From Vicinamibacterales bacterium (GTDB lineage Bacteria > Acidobacteriota > Vicinamibacteria > Vicinamibacterales > UBA8438), in the NCBI GenBank assembly GCA_963666855.2, contig CAXXTG010000281.1, positions 10,035 to 74,034 on the forward strand: 64,000 bases of DNA. Reading direction: 5' to 3'. Each line of letters opens with the position of its first letter. The first letter of the stretch is position 1. The notes beneath the pieces are model-generated. The model was not told the origin of the DNA. It made no database searches and saw nothing but the letters and a program-made list of their open reading frames with translations. A program made the translations under genes and the position numbers. This document shows positions 28,141-36,896 of this stretch, one piece after another.

Positions 28141-29394
28141 CTAGTCGATACGGACCCGGTCGAACCGATCCCAGCTCGACGTGTCGGACAGGACCACGCG
28201 GTCGCCCGGTTGGAGGCCGTCGAGCACCTCGATGGTGTTGACCGAGGCGCGGCCGAGGCTCACGCGCGTTCGCGACGCGTGGGCGCCGTCCTCCTCCACC
28301 CTGAACAGGCTGACCACGCTCTGCGCCTGCCCGAACACCGGCCGGCCGACGAAGAGGATGTCGTCCATCCGTTCCAGCTCGATCGTGCCGTCGACCGTCA
28401 GGTCGGGCCGGGCCCCGCGCGGCAGCTCCCCGTCGAGGGCCACGTCGACCGTCACCGTCCCGTTCTCCACCGCCGGGTCGATGCGGGTGACGCGGCCCGG
28501 GATAACACCGTTGCGGGTGTCGACGGCCGCCGTCTGGCCGATCTGGACGTCCCTGGCCTCGGTCTCCGCGACGCGCAGCTCGGCCTTCAGCACCGTCGGA
28601 TCGCCGACCCGCGCCAAGTTCGCGCCGACGGTGATGCGTTGCCCCTCCTCGAGCGGCACCTGCTGCAGGACGCCGGGCAGGCCGGCCCGCACGCGCAGGG
28701 CGGCGACCTGCCGCCGCCGCAGCTCGTGCAGCGTCCGCAGGCGGTCCGCCTCGGCCCGCTCGACCGCGAGCTGCGCCTCGACGGTGTCGGCGGCCATCCG
28801 CAGCCGTTCCTGCTCGAGGGCGTAGCGCGTCTCGTACTCCTGCTCGTCCGACTGCGACTGCTGGAGCTGGATCGACGAGACGAGGCCCCGGGCGTGGAGG
28901 CGGCCGTCGGCGGCGGCCTGCAGCCGGGCCGACTTGAGCTGCGCCTCGGTGGCGGCCAGCGTCGCCCGCTGGTCGAGGAGGTCGCGCTCCACCTCCACCT
29001 GCCGGTTGCTGTAGCGCGCCTCGGCCGCCTCGAAGTTGAGCCGCGCCTCGAGCGTGGACTGTTCCAGCTCGGGATTGCTCAGCTCGAGGATCACGGTGTC
29101 GGGCGCGACGGGGGCCCCGGGCCGGATGACGATGCGCTCGACGGTGCCGTCGGTGGTGGCCGGAATCCAGCGGATCCGCTCGGGGACCAGGGTGCCGGCG
29201 CCGCGCACCTGCCGCGTCATGGGACCTCGCCGCACCGTGTCGAGGTAGACGGTGCCGCGGTCGACCCGGGGCGCCGCCGGCTCCAGGCGCGAGACGCCGA
29301 CCGGGACGACGACCACCACCATGACCGCCGTCGCGGCATACAGCGCCTGGCGGAGCTTCTTCCTGCGTGCGACGTCGGGTCGGGAGATGTCCAT
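28141..29394 (-). CDS. HlyD/MacA-type periplasmic adaptor subunit
   Basis: An N-terminal TM anchor is followed by a coiled-coil hairpin and a beta-barrel/lipoyl pattern (GTVERIVIRPGAPV...VLELSNPELE). Confidence 0.85.
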   Translation of the reverse strand: MDISRPDVARRKKLRQALYAATAVMVVVVVPVGVSRLEPAAPRVDRGTVYLDTVRRGPMTRQVRGAGTLVPERIRWIPATTDGTVERIVIRPGAPVAPDTVILELSNPELEQSTLEARLNFEAAEARYSNRQVEVERDLLDQRATLAATEAQLKSARLQAAADGRLHARGLVSSIQLQQSQSDEQEYETRYALEQERLRMAADTVEAQLAVERAEADRLRTLHELRRRQVAALRVRAGLPGVLQQVPLEEGQRITVGANLARVGDPTVLKAELRVAETEARDVQIGQTAAVDTRNGVIPGRVTRIDPAVENGTVTVDVALDGELPRGARPDLTVDGTIELERMDDILFVGRPVFGQAQSVVSLFRVEEDGAHASRTRVSLGRASVNTIEVLDGLQPGDRVVLSDTSSWDRFDRVRID

Positions 29395-29466
29395 GGCTGC
29401 CTCAACACGTTGACGACGGCGATTCGGCTCGTTGTCCTCACCCGGCCACGGCGTTCCGGGTTGCTC

Positions 29467-29503
29467 CTATCGGCAATCGATAGATTAAACCCAGGCTCTA
29501 TCG
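29467..29503. promoter_or_regulatory. Candidate operator/promoter region of the efflux operon
   Basis: An A/T-richer patch lies 70-110 nt upstream of the adaptor gene. It holds the inverted repeat ctatcg-gcaat-cgatag (29467-29483) and a further ctatcgg (29497-29503). Confidence 0.3.
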
Positions 29504-29573
29504 GATGTCAATAGGTCAAGACGTGCGCGGCGGGGAAATGTTCAAGGACGCCCCGTCGGCGGGCTGGCGAACG

Positions 29574-29800
29574 CTATCCGGACCGTGCATACTGGCGGGC
29601 GTGCCGTCGACTCGGACCTCGCGGCGCAGGCGTGGATCGGGCCCCCGATCCCCTCACGGATCGCCAGCGCCGCTGCTGCTGGCCGCGGAGGGTCGGTCTG
29701 GACCGGAGAGCACGGCGGGCCTGCGTCTCTCGGAAGGGACGGTGCGCAACTACCTGTCCGAGGCGATTCTCCCGGCCGGGGGCGCGGAACGGGGTCGCAG
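29574..29800 (+). pseudogene. Second, decayed copy of the LuxR-type regulator tail (direct repeat of 17754-18000)
   Basis: Nucleotide similarity to 17754-17990 is obvious (for example ctctcggaagggacggtgcgcaactacctgtccgaggcgat is identical). Several indels break the frame. Confidence 0.7.
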
Positions 29801-29892
29801 CCGCGTGAGGCCGCGCCCGCCGCCCGACGGGACTCCTCCAGACTCCCGGCCCCGACCCGGTCGGGTATGCTGATCGGTCAAGGAGGAAACAC

Positions 29893-30315
29893 ATGTCGCT
29901 GAATACGTATCTGACGTTCGACGGCAACTGCCGCGAGGCGTTCGAGTTCTACCGCTCGGTCTTCGGCGGGGAGTTCCAGTCGTTCCAGACCTTCGCGGAC
30001 GCGCCGCCGGACATGCCCGTGCCCGAGGCCGAGAAGGGCCGGGTGATGCACGTGTCGCTGCCCGTCGGGTCGAGCGTCCTGATGGGCAGCGACAGCGCCG
30101 AGGGGTTCGGGCCGCCGGTCGTCGTCGGCAACAACTTCTCGATCAGCATCGAGTGCGAGAGTCGGGAGCATGTCGACCGTGTGTTCGCGGCGCTGTCGGC
30201 CGGCGGCAAGGTCGTGATGCCGCTGGGGGAGACATTCTGGGGCGCGTACTTCGGGCTGTGGACCGACAAGTTCGGCATCAACTGGATGGTGAGCTACACC
30301 CTGCCGACCGAGTGA
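29893..30315 (+). CDS. VOC/glyoxalase superfamily protein (PhnB-like)
   Basis: The sequence MSLNTYLTFDGNCREAFEFYRSVFGG...MHVSL...FWGAYFGLWTDKFGINWMVSY shows the PhnB/3-demethylubiquinone methyltransferase-like fold signature. Confidence 0.8.
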   Translation: MSLNTYLTFDGNCREAFEFYRSVFGGEFQSFQTFADAPPDMPVPEAEKGRVMHVSLPVGSSVLMGSDSAEGFGPPVVVGNNFSISIECESREHVDRVFAALSAGGKVVMPLGETFWGAYFGLWTDKFGINWMVSYTLPTE

Positions 30316-30470
30316 GCCGAGCCGTCATCCCGGACGAGCGAGCCGGGAGCCGTCATCCGGACGCGTGAGCCGAAGCCGCCATTCCGGACGAATGAGCCGG
30401 GGGCGTCATTCCGGACGAATGAGCCGGAGCCGTCATCCCGGACGAGTGAGCCGGGAGCCGTCATCCCGGA
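30313..30470. repeat. Six tandem 26-27-bp units, each able to form a ccggga/tcccgg hairpin
   Basis: The unit tgagccgggagccgtcatcccggacga(g/a) repeats from the VOC stop codon to just before the RBS of the next gene. Confidence 0.85.
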
Positions 30471-30684
30471 AAGGAACCGACCATGACCGCAACGCCGAAC
30501 CCGCGCCGCGCCGCCTGTCTCGCCGCCGCCTGTCTCGCCGCCGCCGCTCTCGCGAGCGCTCCCGCCCGACCCGCCGCGCAGGGGCCCGACCACCTGCTCG
30601 ACGTCGTCCAGCTCCTCGCCGACGGCGAGGTCGTTTTCGGCTCGTTCGCCAACGTCGAGTCGGGGGCCTCCGGGCGCCGTCGAC

Positions 30685-31416
30685 ATGTCCCGCTCCGACG
30701 CCGACTACATCTTCTTCGACATGGAGCACGGGCCCCTCGACATGGTCGAGCTGCGCGACTACATGCAGTACCTGCTCGACCCCGCGCAGATTCTGCGCCG
30801 CGGCCGGCCCGGCACCGACAAGGCGGTGTGGGTGCGCATTCCCGCCAACGGCCGCGAGATGAACGAGTGGATGATCAAGAACGCCCTCGACCAGGGGGCG
30901 CACGGCATCATCGCCCCGCACATCGAGACGGCCGAGCAGGCCCTGCACGTCGTCCGGTCGATGCGCTATCCCCAGCGCATCGGGGCGCCCGACGCCGAGC
31001 CGGTCGGGCTGCGCGGCTCCGGCCCCGGCAACGCCGTCCGCTATTGGGGCGTGTCGGGCGCCGATTACATCGCCAAGGCCGACGTCTGGCCCCTCGACCC
31101 CGAAGGCGAGCTGCTCAACATGATCCAGATCGAGAACAAGATCGGCATCGCCAACGTGGACGAGATCGCGGCGGTGCCCGGAGTCAGCATGCTGATGGCG
31201 GCCCCCGGCGACCTCGGGATGGCCTACGGCGGCGACGCCGAAGCGACGGAGGAGGCGCTGCAGACGGTGCTGCGCGCGGCCACCGCGGCGGGCCTGCCGT
31301 GCGCGATCACGGCGGGGCCGGACGACGTCGAGCGGCGCATCCGCGAGGGGTTCCGGGTGCTGATCGGCGGCCCCGAGATGATCGAGGTCGGCCGCCGGGC
31401 GGCGGGGCGGGACTGA
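30685..31416 (+). CDS. HpcH/HpaI aldolase/citrate-lyase family protein (the N-terminus may extend to 30483 across a frameshift)
   Basis: Motifs DADYIFFDMEHGP and IQIENKIGIANVDEIAAVPGVSMLMAAPGDL are present. The upstream frame 30483-30680 encodes a signal-peptide-like segment plus LLADGEVVFGSFANVESGASG, which would be the missing first strand. Confidence 0.75.
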   Translation: MSRSDADYIFFDMEHGPLDMVELRDYMQYLLDPAQILRRGRPGTDKAVWVRIPANGREMNEWMIKNALDQGAHGIIAPHIETAEQALHVVRSMRYPQRIGAPDAEPVGLRGSGPGNAVRYWGVSGADYIAKADVWPLDPEGELLNMIQIENKIGIANVDEIAAVPGVSMLMAAPGDLGMAYGGDAEATEEALQTVLRAATAAGLPCAITAGPDDVERRIREGFRVLIGGPEMIEVGRRAAGRD

Positions 31417-31465
31417 GCGGCTCCGAGCGGAAGGGGCAACCGGAGCGCCGTTCCGACGCCGGTCG

Positions 31466-31678
31466 CTACAGGTCCCCGGGCGTGAGTCCGGTCCGCCGCG
31501 CGATGCGGGCCAACATCCGGGGACCGATCTCTTCCTTCTCGTGAAAGGCGAACACGAAGTCCGACCAGCCGGCGCGCTGCTGCGTCCGGTGTGAGCCGCT
31601 ACGCCGCTTCACGGTCCAGCCGATTCGGCCGAGGGCGTCGAGCACACGGTGCGCCTTCGTTGCCGGCCAGCGACTCAC
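31466..31678 (-). CDS. hicA: HicA-family toxin
   Basis: The sequence VSRWPATKAHRVLDALGRIGWTVKRRSGSHRTQ...FHEKEEIGPRMLARIARRTGLTPGDL identifies the family. The GTG start overlaps the hicB stop (GTGA). Confidence 0.75.
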   Translation of the reverse strand: MSRWPATKAHRVLDALGRIGWTVKRRSGSHRTQQRAGWSDFVFAFHEKEEIGPRMLARIARRTGLTPGDL

Positions 31679-31881
31679 GCGGCCTCGAAGGACACGTTCA
31701 GGAGCGACGGCTCGGTCTCGCCGTGCTCCAACCGATCGGCGATGACCCGCAGAGCCAGCGCCTGAACCCGGGCGACGGCGTCGTCCCGTGTCTCGCCGTA
31801 GCACATCACCCCGGCGAGGGCCGGCACCTCCGCCAGCCACCGGCCGTCGTCCTCACGGTCCAGCTCGATCCCCAAGGTCAT
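31675..31881 (-). CDS. hicB: HicB-family antitoxin core (68 aa, no DNA-binding tail)
   Basis: The sequence MTLGIELDREDDGRWLAEVPALAGVMCYGETRDDAVARVQALALRVIADRLEHGE shows the UPF0150 pattern. Confidence 0.7.
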   Translation of the reverse strand: MTLGIELDREDDGRWLAEVPALAGVMCYGETRDDAVARVQALALRVIADRLEHGETEPSLLNVSFEAA

Positions 31882-31954
31882 GGGCGGTTCCTGGAGGAAC
31901 CCGCCGCGGCGGCGGGAGACGCGTGCGGGGTGACCGGCGTCACCCCGCGCCGAA

Positions 31955-32971
31955 TCAGAACACTGCGAGCGGGTTCAGCGGCGATCCCGTGCCGCCCACC
32001 ACCCGCAACGGCGCCCCCACGAAGAGGAACTCCCACCGGCCGCGCCGGGCCGCCTCGGCTGCGACGGCGTCGAGGTCGAGGTTGTCGAGAATGGGCATGC
32101 CCAGGCCCACGATGACCAGTTCGTGCAGGGGGTTGGCGAGCCCGTCGATGCCTGAGGGCATGACGTCGCTGACGCCGTCGCTGCCGATCACCGCGACGTC
32201 CCGCTCCTTCAGCCACTTCGCGACCGAGGCGTGCGAGCCGGCCGCCCGCTCCACGAAGTTCCACTGCCCGAGCTGCCGCACCGCCTCCCAGCGGCCGGTG
32301 CGGATGAGCAGCACGTCGCCGCTGCCGACGCGGATGCCGGTCGCCTCCTCCCATTCCTCGAGGTCCTCGGCGGTGAGGGCGGTGCCCGGCTCGATATAGT
32401 CGACGCCGCGGTGCCGCGGCATGTCGATGAGGACCCCGCGGGTCACGATGCCGTTCCGCGCGTTGTGGATGCCGAGCCGCTCGGCCCCGTCCTCGCGCAG
32501 CCCGCTCACCGGGAAGCCGTTGTACATCCGGCCCTTGTGGGCGAAGTGGGGCAGGCCGTCCACGTGCGAGTGGGCGAACCCGTGATACTGCACGCTGTAG
32601 ACGTCGCCCGCCACCTCGTGATCCGCGAAGCGCGAGGTCGACAGGGTGTGCTCGAAGGGGTTGGCGTTCAGGGCGTCCCGCTCGGTGTTCAGGTCGAGGG
32701 CCATCGACACCGAGACGCCGTCCCGGACGAGCCCGGCGGCGGCCCGCCGGGTCTCGTCGGTGATCAGGTTGAGGGTGCCCAGCTCGTCCTCGGGGCCCCA
32801 GCGGCCCCAGTTGGAGATCTCCTCCATCCACCGGTCGAACTCGGCCCGGCTCACCGGCTCGGCCCCCTGGCCGGCCGCCGGACCGGGCAGAACGGTCAGG
32901 GAAACCACCAGTATCGGGGCGATCAGGGCGGCGGCGGTCCGCCGCCCTGCCTTGCGTGCGACGCGCGTCAT
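31955..32971 (-). CDS. Putative cyclase / kynurenine-formamidase-like hydrolase, secreted
   Basis: ATG 32971 is followed by a signal peptide. YHGFAHSHVDGLPHF resembles the HxGTHxDxPxH metal motif. Confidence 0.7.
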   Translation of the reverse strand: MTRVARKAGRRTAAALIAPILVVSLTVLPGPAAGQGAEPVSRAEFDRWMEEISNWGRWGPEDELGTLNLITDETRRAAAGLVRDGVSVSMALDLNTERDALNANPFEHTLSTSRFADHEVAGDVYSVQYHGFAHSHVDGLPHFAHKGRMYNGFPVSGLREDGAERLGIHNARNGIVTRGVLIDMPRHRGVDYIEPGTALTAEDLEEWEEATGIRVGSGDVLLIRTGRWEAVRQLGQWNFVERAAGSHASVAKWLKERDVAVIGSDGVSDVMPSGIDGLANPLHELVIVGLGMPILDNLDLDAVAAEAARRGRWEFLFVGAPLRVVGGTGSPLNPLAVF

Positions 32972-32988
32972 GCTCGGCTCCGGGGTCA

Positions 32989-34728
32989 CTACTGGCCGCC
33001 TTCCTCCGCCTGCTCGCGCGCCCGCGCGCCGCTCAGGATGTTGGTCATCCCGTAGTTGCCCTCGTGGCAGGCGTACTCGACCAGCTCGTACTGCTCGTCG
33101 TCCTTGTCGTACCGGAACATGGCGGTCCACGGCCGGGTCCAGGTCGCGGGGTCGTCGACGGTGAACTGGTACTCGAGCACCGTCGGGCCGAGCCGGGTGA
33201 AGCGCTCGGTCAGCCGCAGGTTCTCGGTGGAGCCGCGGTACGGCGCCCGCCCGTTGAAGTTGGTGGTCTCGACCACCAGGGTGTCGCCCTCCCAGCGGCC
33301 CTGGGGGATGCCCAGCCACGACCGCAGGCCGGGGCCGGGGGCGGGGCGCGGCTCGGTCGGGATCATCCGCGTCTCGTGGATCATCTCCTTCTGGATGGCG
33401 ACGAACCCGGGCCCCTGCGCGATCTGCAGGCCGTTGTTGTAGATGGACGGCATCATCAGGCCGGGGAGGCCGCGGGTGATGCAGCGCACGAACAGGCTGA
33501 GGTCCTCGGGGCCGTCCGCGATGCGGCCCACCCCCGACGTGTCCACGCGGTTGGCGAGGCGCGCCTCGGCCTCCGCGGTCAGCGGCGGAATGCGCCCGTC
33601 GGGCGGGTCGACGACCATCGCCACCTGCCGCGACGGGGCGGTCTTGACGTAGCCCAGGGTGGTGTCGCGCCACTCGCGCTCGTAGCCCCAGATGCTGCCC
33701 AGAGTGCCGCGCTCGCGCCGCGCCTCGGCCTCTTCGGGGGTCAGCGACTCGATGTCCTCCAGCTCTTCGGGGCGCTCGAGGGGGATGCCGTGGGCGGAGT
33801 TGCCGGTCCACACGCCCTGGAAGTCCGGCTCGCCCCACGGGGTGCGGGGGACGTCGTAGGGCTCGAGGTCGGCGGTGGCGACCTCCACCGGTCGGTCGGT
33901 CTCCAAGCCGGCCCAGCCCGTCTCGACGACCTCCAGGCGCACGCCGTCGGGGGCGACGAGGAACGCCCGCTGGACCTGGGTGCGGGCGTTCGCGGGCACC
34001 GACGGCTCCTGCTCGAAGACGACGTCGAACTCGGCCATCCCGGCCGCGGCGGCGTCCAGGTCGTCGACGACGAACGCGATGTGATCGATGGCGCGCCCCA
34101 CCGTCGACGCCGGCACGCCCAGCTCGTGCTCGGAGACGAGCACCCAGACGTCGCCGAACCGCAGGGCGTCGATCCGCCCCCGCAGGCTCGCCGGCTCGCC
34201 GCCGAGCACGTCGCGGTACCACGCCAGGGTCGCGTCCGGGTCCTCGGCGCTCAACTGGACGTGGTGGAAGCCCAGCGTGTCGTGGTCCTCGACCATCTGG
34301 ATGCGGGTGCCCCAGGGGTCGAAGATGTAGCCGAGCTTGTACAGGCCGGGCACCTCGCGCCAGGTCGACCCGTCGGGGAAGCGCTGCAGCCTCACCCCCG
34401 AGCCCCGCACCCCGACCGCCTCGAGCTCGGCCATCTTGGCCGCCAGGTCCGGATACGAGAAGCTGATGTGGTTGACCCCGGTGCCCTGGGTGCTGCCGAG
34501 GGTCGGCTGCACCATGAAGGTCAGCTCGGCGCCGCCGCAGTCGGCGGTGTCGGGCCGGTCGGCCACGGGCTCGCAGTCGAGGTGCCGGACGTACCAGCGC
34601 ACGCCCTCGGTCGGGCTCGAGGCGGTGATGTGAATGTGGTGGAAGCCGGCCTCCTGGGCCGCCGCGGGCATGGCGACGAGCGCCGCCAGCACTCCGGCGA
34701 GGGCAACGACGTGTCGGGTGGATTTCAT
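32989..34728 (-). CDS. Secreted protein with two VOC (glyoxalase/dioxygenase) modules plus a ~330-aa C-terminal domain of unknown function
   Basis: ATG 34728 is followed by a signal peptide. The FHHIHI.../FHHVQL... VOC halves are present. The C-terminal region carries PPDGRIPPLT, GRWEGDTLVVETTNF and EYACHEGNYGM motifs. Confidence 0.65.
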   Translation of the reverse strand: MKSTRHVVALAGVLAALVAMPAAAQEAGFHHIHITASSPTEGVRWYVRHLDCEPVADRPDTADCGGAELTFMVQPTLGSTQGTGVNHISFSYPDLAAKMAELEAVGVRGSGVRLQRFPDGSTWREVPGLYKLGYIFDPWGTRIQMVEDHDTLGFHHVQLSAEDPDATLAWYRDVLGGEPASLRGRIDALRFGDVWVLVSEHELGVPASTVGRAIDHIAFVVDDLDAAAAGMAEFDVVFEQEPSVPANARTQVQRAFLVAPDGVRLEVVETGWAGLETDRPVEVATADLEPYDVPRTPWGEPDFQGVWTGNSAHGIPLERPEELEDIESLTPEEAEARRERGTLGSIWGYEREWRDTTLGYVKTAPSRQVAMVVDPPDGRIPPLTAEAEARLANRVDTSGVGRIADGPEDLSLFVRCITRGLPGLMMPSIYNNGLQIAQGPGFVAIQKEMIHETRMIPTEPRPAPGPGLRSWLGIPQGRWEGDTLVVETTNFNGRAPYRGSTENLRLTERFTRLGPTVLEYQFTVDDPATWTRPWTAMFRYDKDDEQYELVEYACHEGNYGMTNILSGARAREQAEEGGQ

Positions 34729-34896
34729 CGCAGGTTCCCTCCGCATGCGCTGAATTCGTCGATCGGATTTCGTTCCCAAGTACCTCGGAGCATTGTATAC
34801 GAGATGCCGAGATTCTCGTTGACACCCATTGTCGGCGTCGGGCAACATGAGATCGCTGGTGGACGGGTGCGCCGGACGGTCGGAACTCCAGATCTC

Positions 34897-35847
34897 ATGC
34901 AAGAATCGAGCCAGGGACGGTCAGGAACCAGAACGCGGCGCACGCGCGCGGCCGGCACGCCGAGGCGTCCTGATCAACCCACGCTGTGGCGCCGCGAGCC
35001 CCCCACGTCGGTCGTCGAGCCGCCGCATCGGCTGGCTTGTGCGGACAACCTGGATTTCTTGTCCAGCATCAGGGATAAACAATGCAAGCTGGTGGTGACG
35101 TCGCCGCCGTACAACCTGGGCAAGGAGTACGAGGCGCGCGGCCGGCTGGACGCCTATCTGACGGAACAGGAACGGGTCATCCGCGAGTGCGTCCGGGTGC
35201 TGCACCCGCGGGGTTCGTTGTGCTGGCAGGTCGGCAACTATGTCGAGGGCGGGGAGATCATCCCGCTTGACGTGGTGTTGTGGCCTTTGTTCCGCGAGCT
35301 CGGACTGCTGATGCGGAACCGCATCGTCTGGACGTTCGGTCACGGGCTGCACTGCACGAAACGGCTTTCCGGCCGCTACGAAACCATCAACTGGTGGACG
35401 AAGTCCGACGACTATACGTGGAACCTGGATCCTATTCGGGTGCCGTCGAAGTATCCCAACAAGCGCTATTTTCGGGGACCCCGCGCGGGCGAGCTTTCCT
35501 GCAACCCCAAGGGGAAGAACCCGAGCGATGTATGGGCGTTCCCGAACGTCAAGAACAACCACCCGGAGAAGACCGTGCATCCGTGCCAGTTCCCGGTGGA
35601 GCTCGCCGAACGGCTGGTGCTGTCCATGACCGATGCGGGAGATACGGTGCTCGATCCCTACATGGGCGTGGGCTCGACGGCGCTGGCGACCATGAAGCAC
35701 GGTCGGATTGCCTACGGTTGCGACGTGGTGCCGGAATACGTCGAGATAGCGGTGGGCCGGGTCAGGCGGCTCCGCGTCGGAGAATTGAAGACGCGGCCGA
35801 TGAACCGCCCGATCTATGACCCGTCCCAGCCCAACGGCGGTCAGTGA
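34897..35847 (+). CDS. Beta-class N4/N6 DNA methyltransferase (SPPY type), with no cognate nuclease nearby
   Basis: Motif IV VVTSPPYNL precedes motif I DPYMGVGSTA. There is visibly more A/T at third codon positions than in neighbouring genes. Confidence 0.8.
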   Translation: MQESSQGRSGTRTRRTRAAGTPRRPDQPTLWRREPPTSVVEPPHRLACADNLDFLSSIRDKQCKLVVTSPPYNLGKEYEARGRLDAYLTEQERVIRECVRVLHPRGSLCWQVGNYVEGGEIIPLDVVLWPLFRELGLLMRNRIVWTFGHGLHCTKRLSGRYETINWWTKSDDYTWNLDPIRVPSKYPNKRYFRGPRAGELSCNPKGKNPSDVWAFPNVKNNHPEKTVHPCQFPVELAERLVLSMTDAGDTVLDPYMGVGSTALATMKHGRIAYGCDVVPEYVEIAVGRVRRLRVGELKTRPMNRPIYDPSQPNGGQ

Positions 35848-35860
35848 CGAGAATGCGGTC

Positions 35861-36469
35861 ATGACCATCACGAGCGAGTCCGAGTTGCGAATGGTCTACG
35901 GCGAGCCGAGCGAGCGGTCGCAGCAGAAGGTGCTCGACCGGCTGGACCGGCACTGCCGGCGCTTCATCGCCCTCTCGCCGTTCTGCGTGCTCAGCACCGC
36001 CGGCGCCGACGGCCGGGCCGAGGTTTCTCCCCGTGGCGACGTCCCCGGGTTCGTCGCGGTGGCGGACGAGCGGACCCTGCTGATTCCCGACCGTCCCGGG
36101 AACAACCGCACCGACTCGTTGAGGAACGTCGTCGCCCAGCCCCACGTCGGGCTCCTGTTCCTCGTGCCGGGCATGAACGAGACGCTGCGGGTGAGCGGCA
36201 CGGCGGAGATCGTCACCGACGCCGACGTGCTCGAGCCCCTGTCGATGAAGGGGCGCCCCCCGGTCTCGGTGCTGCGCGTCACCGTCGAGCGGGCGTTCCT
36301 GCACTGCGCCAAGGCCCTGATCCGGGCGCGGCTGTGGGACCCCGCGGCGCAGGTGGAGCGCTCGAACCTCCCGACCTACGGACAGATGCTGGCCGATCAG
36401 ATCCAGGGTGCGGACGCGGTGTCCATCGACGCCGCCCTGGACGAGGCGGCCCGCAACCGGCTCTACTGA
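35861..36469 (+). CDS. PPOX-class FMN-dependent flavoprotein (pyridoxamine 5'-phosphate oxidase family)
   Basis: The sequence SPFCVLSTAGADGRAEVSPRGD...LLIPDRPGNNRTDSLRNV...GLLFLVPGMNETLRVSG identifies the family. Confidence 0.7.
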   Translation: MTITSESELRMVYGEPSERSQQKVLDRLDRHCRRFIALSPFCVLSTAGADGRAEVSPRGDVPGFVAVADERTLLIPDRPGNNRTDSLRNVVAQPHVGLLFLVPGMNETLRVSGTAEIVTDADVLEPLSMKGRPPVSVLRVTVERAFLHCAKALIRARLWDPAAQVERSNLPTYGQMLADQIQGADAVSIDAALDEAARNRLY

Positions 36470-36550
36470 GATCGACCTCCCGGGCCTCCGGGGTCGGTCG
36501 CGATCCCCTCCGGACCTGTGCTACACTTGCCTAACTCATTTAGGAGAACA

Positions 36551-36892
36551 GTGCCTCCACGCGCCACGTTGCTGCCCGGAACGCTGGACGTCCTGGTCCT
36601 CAAGGCCGTCTCCCTCGGCCCCCTCCACGGGTACGGCGTGCTGCTGCGCATCGAGCAGATCACGCGGGGCGCGCTCGTCGTCGAGCAGGGCGCGCTGTAC
36701 CCGGCGCTCTATCGCCTCGAGCAACAGGGGCTGCTGGCCGCCGCGTGGGGCGTGTCGGACAACAACCGGCGCGCGAAGTTCTACCGGTTGACGCCGGCGG
36801 GCCGGCGGCGGTTGCGGGTGCAGCGCGCGAACTGGCGGCAGTTGGCCGATGCGATGGCGGCCGCGCTCGACACCCGGCGGGGCGAGGTGTGA
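36551..36892 (+). CDS. PadR family transcriptional regulator
   Basis: GTG 36551 follows AGGAG. The sequence is LDVLVLKAVSLGPLHGYGVLLRIEQITRGALVVEQGALYPALYRLEQQGLL...AKFYRLTPAGRR. Confidence 0.85.
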   Translation: MPPRATLLPGTLDVLVLKAVSLGPLHGYGVLLRIEQITRGALVVEQGALYPALYRLEQQGLLAAAWGVSDNNRRAKFYRLTPAGRRRLRVQRANWRQLADAMAAALDTRRGEV

Positions 36893-36896
36893 CGAC

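Noticed and set aside
30313-30470. A possible CRISPR array, because of the regular 27-bp periodicity.
   Set aside because: The units abut each other with no unique spacers, and no cas genes are nearby. It is a plain tandem repeat.
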